DNA of 64,000 nt, from the IMG/VR virus record IMGVR_UViG_3300035698_008372, positions 32,001 through 96,000 of that record; one strand, 5' to 3'. Below are positions 51,420-60,580 of the stretch, one piece after another; within the stretch, counting starts at the first letter, position 1, and each line of letters begins with the position of its first letter. The translations under genes were made by a program, and so were the position numbers. Source of the stretch: a virus. The notes under the pieces were generated by a model, which worked only from the letters and a program-made list of their open reading frames with translations, was not told where the DNA came from and made no database searches.

Positions 51420-53180
51420 ATTTATAAGTCAATTTATTTCGAAGCGGAAAAACAGAAGATTCATTTGTGGGATGATGACCGCGGCTATTTCACAATACCA
51501 TATAGACGTTATGGGTATATAAAAGATAGGGGCGGCACATATACTTCATTATATGGGGACAGGCTTAAGAAAATCCACAAGTGGGGCAAAGATTCCACTG
51601 GATTATTTGAGAGTGATGTACACCCTGAAACAAGAACATTAATTGATCTGTACACCAATGACGATGAACCATCAAAAGGTAACAAAACGATTATTATTGA
51701 TATTGAAGTCGAGGTCACAGATGGATTCCCAACTGCTACTTTGGCCGAGAATAAGGTTACGGCTATATCAATTTACGATTTTACGGATAAGAAATATTAT
51801 GGTTTGGTATTGGAAAATGGCAAGGGTATTATCAAGCCATCCACAACTCCAGAGCTTGACATTGAAGTGTTTGATATGGAAGTTGATTTGTTGAATAGAT
51901 TCATGCAGATATACCTACGCATAAAACCAACTATTATTACTGGTTGGAATGTGGATAGATTTGATGTAACATACCTATACAATAGAATGGCCGATCAGCT
52001 GGATGAAGATGTAGCCAATTGCTTGTCTCCAATCGGTGTGGTACATTGGAGTGATTTCAGGGGTAGCTACAGAATCGCTGGGGTTGCAACAATGGATTAC
52101 TTACAGTTGTATAAGAAATTTACATTTACGCAACAGGCTTCATACAGATTGGATGCGATTGCTGATTTCGAATTGGGTGAACGCAAAATTGAATATGATG
52201 GTACACTAAACGAATTATATGAAAATGACATTGAAAAATTTGTCCAATACAACATCCATGATGTTCGACTAATTGAGATGTTGGACAAGAAATTGAATTT
52301 TATAGAAATCGCTCGTGGTATTTGTCACTTGGGGCATGTTCCGTATGAAGATATTTACTATGACAGTAGATACCTAGAGGCTGCTATTCTTGTTTATCTG
52401 AAAAAATTGAACATCATCGCTCCGAATAAGCCCGAGCGTGAGGGTTGGAAGGATGAAATTGGCTTTGAGGGTGCTCACGTTCAAAAGCCCAAGAAGGGTC
52501 GTCATAATTGGGTATATGATTTGGATTTAACATCAATGTATCCAAGCATCATTATGTCGTTGAACATTTCTCCAGAGACAAAAATAGGTAAAATAGATGG
52601 GTGGGATTCCAATAAATTTGTGAAAAAAACCCCAAAAACCTATACTGTCAAATATGGTACAACCGCACTCCAATCCATGGATCAGGATGAACTACAGGTA
52701 TTTTTTGATACCAATCATGTGTCGGTATCGGCCAATGGGATATTGTACAAAACTGATAGGGATGGCCTAATCGCGTCACTCCTGAAAAAGTGGTTCGACG
52801 AACGTGTTGAATTCAGAAAATTGGCTAAGAAGTTTGCCGACGCGGGTGATAACGAGAAATATGATTATTTCAATAGACGACAACATATCCAGAAGATTCT
52901 CCTTAACTCACTTTTTGGGGCACTCGGTTTGCAGGGTTGGAGATTCCATGACGTAGACAACGCCCTTGCAGTTACATCGACGGGGGTAGAATTAATTCGA
53001 TTTTCCAAAACCATTGCAAACCATTATTACAATACTGAGCTTGGTAAAGAAATTGAACTTGAAATGGAAGATGGGTCTATCAGAAAATTATATGAAAATT
53101 GGCCAATCCATGTAAAAAGGGGTGGTAAAAAAGTTCAAATTTTAGCCAAAAATCTCAAAATAAATGATGATATTCTCTAA
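51420..53180 (+). CDS. Family B DNA polymerase, N-terminal subunit (probable ATT start), ending in a partial Hint-like tail
   Basis: Exo DIEVE, GWN..FD, YNIHD; DLTSMYPS; KILLNSLFG. Confidence 0.9.
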   Translation: MYKSIYFEAEKQKIHLWDDDRGYFTIPYRRYGYIKDRGGTYTSLYGDRLKKIHKWGKDSTGLFESDVHPETRTLIDLYTNDDEPSKGNKTIIIDIEVEVTDGFPTATLAENKVTAISIYDFTDKKYYGLVLENGKGIIKPSTTPELDIEVFDMEVDLLNRFMQIYLRIKPTIITGWNVDRFDVTYLYNRMADQLDEDVANCLSPIGVVHWSDFRGSYRIAGVATMDYLQLYKKFTFTQQASYRLDAIADFELGERKIEYDGTLNELYENDIEKFVQYNIHDVRLIEMLDKKLNFIEIARGICHLGHVPYEDIYYDSRYLEAAILVYLKKLNIIAPNKPEREGWKDEIGFEGAHVQKPKKGRHNWVYDLDLTSMYPSIIMSLNISPETKIGKIDGWDSNKFVKKTPKTYTVKYGTTALQSMDQDELQVFFDTNHVSVSANGILYKTDRDGLIASLLKKWFDERVEFRKLAKKFADAGDNEKYDYFNRRQHIQKILLNSLFGALGLQGWRFHDVDNALAVTSTGVELIRFSKTIANHYYNTELGKEIELEMEDGSIRKLYENWPIHVKRGGKKVQILAKNLKINDDIL

Positions 53181-53242
53181 GTTTATACTATTTATATACA
53201 GACACAATGTATCAATGTATAAAATATAAATTGGAGAGTAAG

Positions 53243-54082
53243 ATGAAAAAGGGGTCAGCGAGAACATTACAATATTGATTGGATAAAGGGTATAAAGGGG
53301 AAGAAGCAGAAAAAATGCGTATGAGCAGAATTCCAGGTACTATAGAATATTTTACTATATTTAAGGGGCTCCCATTGAATGAGGCCGAAATTGCGAAAGA
53401 AAATTATAACAAAAGGTCCGTTCCGACATTGGAAAATATGATACGCAAGTATGGGGAAACTGAAGGTGAAATTAGGTGGGGTGCATATCGTGAAAAACAG
53501 GCAAAATCCAATACATTTGAATATAAGCGTGATAAGTATGGTTGGACATTGGAACAATTCGATGCTTATAACAAATCAAGGGGATTGTCTGGTAAAGACA
53601 ATGGCAATTATGGGTCGAGCTATTATGAAGCTTGGGTTAAAAAGTATGGAAAAATAAAGGCCGATGAAATGAATAATGCTTTAGGTGAATTGAAAGCCAA
53701 AGGGGGGAAATCTCAAAAAGGTGTACCCAAATCATTTGTGGCTAGAAAAAATATGAGTATAGCTGCAAAGAAAAGGATAATGGATCAGGGTACTTACATT
53801 TCATATAATCCAAATTCAATTCCGATAATTGAAAAATATGGAAAAGAAAATGGATATAAATTTCAACATGCTGAAAATGGCGGCGAATATTTGGTTAGGG
53901 AAGTTTACTATTGGGTAGATGGGTATGATCATGAAAATAATGTGGTGGTTGAATATGATGAAAAATACCATGAAATGCAAACGGAAAAAGATAAAATTAG
54001 GCAACAACATATAATGGATGTGTTGGGGTGCAAATTTATAAGAATTAAAGAATCTGGAGAAATTAAGATTTATGAAAATTAA
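53243..54082 (+). mobile_element. Free-standing homing endonuclease between PolB halves; in-frame TGA at 53276
   Basis: QY[W]LDKGY; KYG repeats; QHAENGGEY..YWVDGYD..VEYDE. Confidence 0.8.
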
Positions 54083-54993
54083 AAATATAAGGGAATCAAA
54101 AGGTGTCGATGTGGATCATGTTATCTACATCGACACGTAGTGCGGATTCACTATTTATTTCGTCAACCGCGATGGTGAGCAAACGATATGGAAACAAGAA
54201 ATTCAGTGATGTCATGCTGTCACAGTACATCTTGACAATAGCTGGTGACACCCAAAAATTCATAAATAACTCGTATGACTATTTTGCCAAGAAATTCTGT
54301 AATCTTCCCGGTGCACACCGGTTTGAGATTAAACAGGAATTGATTGCAAAGTCAGCTGTATTTGTCAATGCTAAGAAAAATTATGGGTTGCGTGTTATCA
54401 ATGACAATGGTGTGAAAGTGGATAAAAATGTGTACAAAGGCTTGGCCGTAGTTCGCAGTGATTTCCCACAATCATACAGAAAATTGTTAGGTGAGGTGCT
54501 AGGTGATGTTCTAGCGGATGTTCCAAAAGATAAGATCGACGATCGTATTATTGAATACAAAAACAACATGAGATACTTGAATGTCGAAGATATCGCCAAA
54601 CCAACTGGGGTTAAGAATATCAAAAAATATTTGGTTCCACCTGGAGCGGGTGGGGGATTTTCTACTTGGAAGTCTCGTTGTCCTATCCATGTCAAATCAT
54701 CTATCATATACAATGATTTGATTAAGCATTTTGACAAACAAAAGAAGTACGCATTGATAGGGGCCGGCGACAAGGTCAAATGGGTGTACTTAAAGAAAAA
54801 TAATTTAGGATTAGAAAGTGTGGCTTATACAGGTCACGAAGACCCAAAGGAAATTATGGATTTCATATATAATTTTGTGGATAGGGATAAGATGTACGAT
54901 AGTATATTTTTGAACAAAATCACATCAATATATTCTGCCATGGACTGGTCGTTGCCCATAGATAAAAAGTTCTCGATGGACAGATTTTTTTAA
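54072..54993 (+). CDS. PolB C-terminal subunit; YIDT/DSLF motif interrupted by 7 nt (54138-54144)
   Basis: GGAG SD at 54056; YIDT*...DSLF; KKNY, KGL, C-terminal clamp-type MDRFF. Confidence 0.8.
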
Positions 54994-55044
54994 TCGTTTG
55001 GGCACATTAATGTATATGTATATATAAAGAAACAAGGAGTTACA

Positions 55045-55764
55045 ATGGAAAAAGGAAAATTAGTACGGTTTATTCAAAAATATCATTTGAATGGCAACGT
55101 ACAATCGGTTTCAATGAATAGTGACGGTGAGACGTTAAAGGCGGAGTTTGTAACTTCGGACAGAGGGTTGCTCGGAACTATTAAAATGAAGAATTGGGGA
55201 TTTGAAAAATCCAAAATTGGTATCTTGGATACTGAGAAGTTCTTAAAATTATTGGCAGTATTGGATAATGATGTTAAATTGTCATTGTTAAAAGCTGGCG
55301 ATACGGCAATCACATTAAAGGTCGCGGACAATAGTTCTACAGTCAATCTGATGTTATCAGACTTGTCGGTAATTCCAGCTGTACCGCCTTTGAAGTATGT
55401 GCCGCCAATGAATCTCAAGTTGAACTTGGATTCAAATTTCATTAAGAAGTTTATCGCTGGTAAGGGTGCTCTATCCGATGTGGATAATTTCACAGTGGTC
55501 ACAGATAACGATTCTGTTAATTTGGTGATCGGTTATGCATCAATTAATACGGACAGGGTTATTGTTCCAGTTGATACTGAAGTATTCGAAAAGATTGACA
55601 AGGTATCATTCAACGCAAATATCTTCAAAGATATCCTGCAATGTAACCGTGAATGTAAAAGTGGAGTAATGGAAATCAGCTCAGAGGGTCTTTCAAAACT
55701 GACCTTTAATGTTGATGACTATGAAGTTGTGTATTTCTTAGCCGCATCTGAAAACGTAGGATAA
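55045..55764 (+). CDS. Sliding clamp (gp45-like)
   Basis: Size, beta-rich pattern, position between polymerase and clamp loader. Confidence 0.75.
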   Translation: MEKGKLVRFIQKYHLNGNVQSVSMNSDGETLKAEFVTSDRGLLGTIKMKNWGFEKSKIGILDTEKFLKLLAVLDNDVKLSLLKAGDTAITLKVADNSSTVNLMLSDLSVIPAVPPLKYVPPMNLKLNLDSNFIKKFIAGKGALSDVDNFTVVTDNDSVNLVIGYASINTDRVIVPVDTEVFEKIDKVSFNANIFKDILQCNRECKSGVMEISSEGLSKLTFNVDDYEVVYFLAASENVG

Positions 55765-55770
55765 ACAACA

Positions 55771-56697
55771 ATGGTTAGAAAAACATCTCATTCGATATGG
55801 TGTGAATTATATCGACCAACATCAATGGAAACATTCGTAGGAAATGATCATCTCAAGGATAAAATTGATATGTACATTGAAACCAATGATCCGCCCCACC
55901 TGTTATTTCATGGTAAGGCGGGCACTGGTAAAACTACATTGGCCAAGGTCATACATAATAGTATAGACTGTGACCACTTGTACATCAATGCTTCAGACAA
56001 AGGTGGTGTGGATTACATTAGGACTGATATCATTCCATTTGCCAGTAGTGTTGGATTTAGGGAGTTGAAATTGGTTATCCTCGATGAGGCCGACTTTTTG
56101 ACTCCACAATTCCAAGCATCACTACGCAACGCTATGGAAACGTACGCGATGAATACTCGGTTCATATTGACTTGCAATTACCCCGAACGGATAATCGAAC
56201 CAATACAGAGCCGGTGCCAAATGTTTGAAGTTTATCCTCCAAGCAAAAAGGAAATCGCCGTACATGTCAGTGCAATATTGGCAAAAGAGGGTGTGAACCA
56301 TACCGCGAGTGACATCGGATTGATTGTCAATAGTAAATATCCAGACATTAGAAGTATTATCAATACATTGCAGAAACAATCAATTAATGGTGAGCTGAGA
56401 TTGGACAAGCGTTCGGTTGTGGAAAGTGACTATAAATTGAAGATATTGGATGTACTGAAAAAGCAGGATAAGAAAAACTCATTTGCTAGTATTAGACAAA
56501 TGGTGGCGGACAATTCAATCAGAGATTTCGCTGAGATTTATTCAATGTTATTTTCTGAGGTGGATGATTACGCTAAGGGTCATATCGCTCAAACGATATT
56601 GATTCTGGCCAGATACCAATTGAGTGATTCTCAAAGTGTCGATAAAGAAATAAATTTTATGGCATGCGTAATAGAATTGTTAGATTGTATTAAGTAA
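55771..56697 (+). CDS. Clamp loader ATPase (gp44/RFC-like)
   Basis: YRP, GKAGTGKT, INASD, LDEAD, SRC, DIRS. Confidence 0.95.
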   Translation: MVRKTSHSIWCELYRPTSMETFVGNDHLKDKIDMYIETNDPPHLLFHGKAGTGKTTLAKVIHNSIDCDHLYINASDKGGVDYIRTDIIPFASSVGFRELKLVILDEADFLTPQFQASLRNAMETYAMNTRFILTCNYPERIIEPIQSRCQMFEVYPPSKKEIAVHVSAILAKEGVNHTASDIGLIVNSKYPDIRSIINTLQKQSINGELRLDKRSVVESDYKLKILDVLKKQDKKNSFASIRQMVADNSIRDFAEIYSMLFSEVDDYAKGHIAQTILILARYQLSDSQSVDKEINFMACVIELLDCIK

Positions 56698-57501
56698 ATG
56701 GAAGAACAATTTGTAGACACGTCGAGGGTAGAACTTAGGATTATTACTACCGCTATAGCAAAAAGGATGATTGTAAAATACCATTACAGTCACGCATGGC
56801 CCGCATCAACTCAAGCTCCATTAGGGGTATTCTATAAGACAGGCAAGAAACATAAGTTTCTTGATGAGGATGATGAAAAATTGATTGGTTGTATTGTCTA
56901 TGGCAATCCAGTTGGTCGTAGAGCGGCCGCATCTATAGTGGATAGTGATGAGATTAACGCTCATGAAAGTGTTTATGAATTGACAAGGTTATTCATCCAT
57001 GATGGATACGGCAAGAATATTGAGAGTTATGTTATAGGTCAATCGTTCAAATGGTTGAAAGAGAATAGGCCTAAAATCAAAATGTTGATCAGTTATGCCG
57101 ACCCAGCACAGGGTCATGTTGGAGGAATCTATAAGGCCACCAACTGGGGATACCAAAGTGCGGATGATATGAAGTTGATGTTCAATTACCCAATTTCATT
57201 AACAAACGATCCTTATGATTGGATTCATAGCCGTACTGTATTTTCAAGGTACGGAGTGACTCCATATCCAACGGATGATGCAGTAGCCAAAATGAAGAAA
57301 GCGGTGGGCCAGACATTCTGGATGAAACGAGAATGTGTGAAGCATCGCTATATTCAATTCTTAGTGGACAAGAGGGAAAAACGGAAATTGATAAAATTGC
57401 TGAAGCACCCATTTCGAGACTATCCTACAACGGCCGACGACGATAGTGAAATTATTGAAGTGATAGTTGACGGGAGTGGAAAATTTGGGAAGTTCATGTA
57501 A
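56698..57501 (+). CDS. Mom-like GNAT DNA-modification protein, paralogue 1
   Basis: HYSH, LIGCIVYG, ELTRL, KNIES, ISYADPAQGHVGGIYKATNW. Confidence 0.8.
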   Translation: MEEQFVDTSRVELRIITTAIAKRMIVKYHYSHAWPASTQAPLGVFYKTGKKHKFLDEDDEKLIGCIVYGNPVGRRAAASIVDSDEINAHESVYELTRLFIHDGYGKNIESYVIGQSFKWLKENRPKIKMLISYADPAQGHVGGIYKATNWGYQSADDMKLMFNYPISLTNDPYDWIHSRTVFSRYGVTPYPTDDAVAKMKKAVGQTFWMKRECVKHRYIQFLVDKREKRKLIKLLKHPFRDYPTTADDDSEIIEVIVDGSGKFGKFM

Positions 57502-58268
57502 TGGAGAAATATACAGACATATCTAGAGTAAGTGTTCGACCAATAGATCGGACTACTGCTAAAGGTATCATTGAAAAATACCATTATAGTCATTTGATTC
57601 CAGCTACTTTACAGCTGTCATTGGGTGTATTTTATGAATCTGATGACACAGGTAAATTTTTTGATGACAATGAAAAATTGATAGGGTGCATAATGTATGG
57701 GCATCCATCTGGCAGAATGGTAGTGGATTCCATAACCGAAGGTGATTTGCTCGATCGGGAAAATATAATGGAACTTTTGAGGTTGTTTATCCATGATGGT
57801 TATGGCAAGAATATTGAGAGTTATGTAATCGGACAATCGTTCAAATGGCTCAAAATCAACAGACCAAAAGTAAAGGTGTTAATCAGCTTTTCCGACCCAG
57901 CAGAAGGTCATTTGGGTATCATATACCAATCGACCAACTGGTTGTTTCAAATGATTCCATCATCTGGTAAGTGGCAATTTTCAATGGAAAAAAACCCGTA
58001 TCATTGGGTACACCCCAGAACAATATTTGGAAGATATGGATTTTGTGGTGTGGAAGATATGAAAAAGTCATTTGATAAGAACTTCTATGCCAAGCGCCTG
58101 ACAAACAAATTTCGATATTTGTACATACTGACCAATAAATCGGAAGCTAGGAAAATCAAGAAAAATCTAATCCACGAACTACTGCCATACCCAAAGTCAA
58201 TTGATTATATGGAAGAAATAGTGGAAGTCGAAGTGAGCGGAAATTCGAAGCTCGGAAAGTTCATATAA
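57501..58268 (+). CDS. Mom-like GNAT protein, paralogue 2
   Basis: Same motifs; ISFSDPAEGHLGIIYQSTNW. Confidence 0.8.
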   Translation: MEKYTDISRVSVRPIDRTTAKGIIEKYHYSHLIPATLQLSLGVFYESDDTGKFFDDNEKLIGCIMYGHPSGRMVVDSITEGDLLDRENIMELLRLFIHDGYGKNIESYVIGQSFKWLKINRPKVKVLISFSDPAEGHLGIIYQSTNWLFQMIPSSGKWQFSMEKNPYHWVHPRTIFGRYGFCGVEDMKKSFDKNFYAKRLTNKFRYLYILTNKSEARKIKKNLIHELLPYPKSIDYMEEIVEVEVSGNSKLGKFI

Positions 58269-59035
58269 TGGAAAAATATACGGATACTTCTAGGGTCACT
58301 ATAAGGCCGATAGACAAAAAGACTGGTATTAATATGATTAAAAAATACCATTACACTCACAAAGCACCTGGTACTACTCAGGATGTGTTGGGTGTGTTTT
58401 ATAAGGGTGAAGAAGCCAACAAGTTTTTCGATGATGATGAAGTATTGATCGGGTGCATGTTATATGGTCATCCAGTTGGTAGGTGGACAATAAAATCCAT
58501 TATCGAAGATGAAAATATCAAATCCTATAATGTGTATGAATTACTGAGGTTATTTGTACACGATGGGTATGGCAAGAATATCGAAAGCTTTGTCATAGGT
58601 CAATCATTTAAGTGGCTGAAAGAGAACCGACCAGAGGTGAAAATATTGGTGAGTTATGCCGATCCTGAAGCCGGTCATGTGGGCATCATATACCAATCAA
58701 CTAACTGGATGTTCCAGATTCCAGAACCAGGTGGAGCAATGATGACTTCACTAACCAAAGACCCGTATGTATGGGTTCACCCAAGGTCAATGCACGCAAA
58801 GTTTGGTGCTTGTGGGGTGGATGGTCTCAAAGAGGCATTGGACAAACCATTCTACATGAAAAAATCACCTCCAAAATTTAGATATGTATATCTATTGACG
58901 GACAAAAGGGAGAGCAAGATATTGAAATCGAAATTCGTATATCAACAATCTCCATATCCAAAAGAGCACGATTATGTTGAAAAAGTTATTGAAATGGTGC
59001 CCAATGAAGAGAAAAAATTTAGTAAATTTATTTAA
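58268..59035 (+). CDS. Mom-like GNAT protein, paralogue 3
   Basis: Same motifs; VSYADPEAGHVGIIYQSTNW. Confidence 0.8.
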   Translation: MEKYTDTSRVTIRPIDKKTGINMIKKYHYTHKAPGTTQDVLGVFYKGEEANKFFDDDEVLIGCMLYGHPVGRWTIKSIIEDENIKSYNVYELLRLFVHDGYGKNIESFVIGQSFKWLKENRPEVKILVSYADPEAGHVGIIYQSTNWMFQIPEPGGAMMTSLTKDPYVWVHPRSMHAKFGACGVDGLKEALDKPFYMKKSPPKFRYVYLLTDKRESKILKSKFVYQQSPYPKEHDYVEKVIEMVPNEEKKFSKFI

Positions 59036-59067
59036 ATGGTATATATTTATACCTGAAAGGAAATGTT

Positions 59068-59331
59068 ATGAGTCAATTAAATCCAAGAAAACCATTACCA
59101 AAATCACCACCAAAACTAGACCTAGCGAAGGCAGAAACCATCGTATGTGAACAAGAGGGGTGTGGTAATATGTTATTTCTTCAGTCATTCGTGATGAAAA
59201 GAGTATCGGCCATTTTGAGCCCAAGCGGTAAAGAAGAATTACTACAAATTCCAGTTATGAGTTGCGGAGCATGTGGTGGGGTCAATAAGGAATTCATGGC
59301 CGCATTCGGAGAACCCGACAGCGATGGTTAA
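59068..59331 (+). CDS. Small Zn-ribbon protein
   Basis: CxxxxC...CxxC. Confidence 0.7.
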   Translation: MSQLNPRKPLPKSPPKLDLAKAETIVCEQEGCGNMLFLQSFVMKRVSAILSPSGKEELLQIPVMSCGACGGVNKEFMAAFGEPDSDG

Positions 59332-59773
59332 TACCAAGATCAAAAAGGCCAAAACCTTATTTGAACATGTAAACCATGTCAATGAAAAACAAACCAAAAA
59401 TTACTGGGAAACCTTATCTGAAGCCGATAAGAAAAATTGGTCCAATTATATGATCCACAGGTTTTTGTCGATGGAACCAGCATTTATTGAGATAGTGAAT
59501 GAGGTTCAAAAATATAATCTCACTCCGGATATGGTGTATAAATTCTACATAGATGTTCTGCCAAAGGGTAAGCGGTGGTTGAAATATGTAAAAAAAACGG
59601 CCAAACAGAAATTCGAGAGTGGATTGGTGGAATTGTTTGCAAAGCATTTTGAGGCTAGTATTCTTGAATCGACTGAATACATTGAATTATTGAGCCGATC
59701 TGAAATTGAAGAGATTTTGGACAAATATGGTCTGGATGCAAAAACAAAACGAAAATATCTGAAAGGAATTTAG
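59324..59773 (+). CDS. Clamp loader small subunit-like (gp62-like)
   Basis: LFEH..YMIHRFLSM..LPKGKRWLKY. Confidence 0.65.
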   Translation: MVNTKIKKAKTLFEHVNHVNEKQTKNYWETLSEADKKNWSNYMIHRFLSMEPAFIEIVNEVQKYNLTPDMVYKFYIDVLPKGKRWLKYVKKTAKQKFESGLVELFAKHFEASILESTEYIELLSRSEIEEILDKYGLDAKTKRKYLKGI

Positions 59774-59774
59774 A

Positions 59775-59954
59775 ATGTCATTACACAAGAGATGGTTAAT
59801 AGAAGAAATCCAGAAATACTGGAATGTAACACAAGAGGAAGCATTAAGGTATGCAGATACATACGATGCGACTGAGCAAGGTAGAGTTGAATTGAAAGCC
59901 ATATTGATCAAATGTGGAGTTTCCAGAGAAAAATTAAGAGAATTGAGATTATAG
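59775..59954 (+). CDS. Small hypothetical protein
   Basis: 59-aa ORF with AAGGA SD. Confidence 0.5.
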   Translation: MSLHKRWLIEEIQKYWNVTQEEALRYADTYDATEQGRVELKAILIKCGVSREKLRELRL

Positions 59955-59962
59955 GAGCTAGT

Positions 59963-60580
59963 ATGGAAGAAAATGTAGATTTAGAAGAGGGTGTAAAAGA
60001 ACCCGGAGAAATAGAAGAAGTATCGGTGGCGTTTGATTTGGGGTCATTCCAATTGGATAATGGTATTGATTTGATCAATAACGCTCTCCATTTTGTGGGA
60101 GAATTCAATTCAGAATCAATCGCTGATATTATTAATAGGATGACATTTATGTATAATGTCAACTCCGAGAGGGATATCAATTTAATGGTGACTTCTCAAG
60201 GTGGTGATGTGTACGCATTATTCGGCCTGCTCGATTTTATACATGGCCTAAAGGTAAAGGTAAATGTGTATGTAATTGGTAGTGCATTGTCTTCAGGGGG
60301 TATCCTGCTTGCATGTACGACGGGTGAACGAGTGGTCGGCCCACATTCAGTGGTTTTATTCCATGATGGTGAAATATCAATGGGTGGCAAATTGGATGAT
60401 GTAAAGGGTCAAAGTAAGCACATGGAAATGTTAGCCGATAAAATTCTCGATATGTTGGAAGAAAAAACTTCAATGAATCGCAAGTTTTGGCTTGACAATA
60501 CCAAAAATGACTTGTATCTTGAAGCTGACGATTGTGTAACTTATGGGATAGCTGATAGAATTGGAGGAATGCATGACTAA
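59963..60580 (+). CDS. ClpP-like protease
   Basis: TSQGGDV, ALSSG, LFHD, DLYL, YGIAD. Confidence 0.85.
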   Translation: MEENVDLEEGVKEPGEIEEVSVAFDLGSFQLDNGIDLINNALHFVGEFNSESIADIINRMTFMYNVNSERDINLMVTSQGGDVYALFGLLDFIHGLKVKVNVYVIGSALSSGGILLACTTGERVVGPHSVVLFHDGEISMGGKLDDVKGQSKHMEMLADKILDMLEEKTSMNRKFWLDNTKNDLYLEADDCVTYGIADRIGGMHD

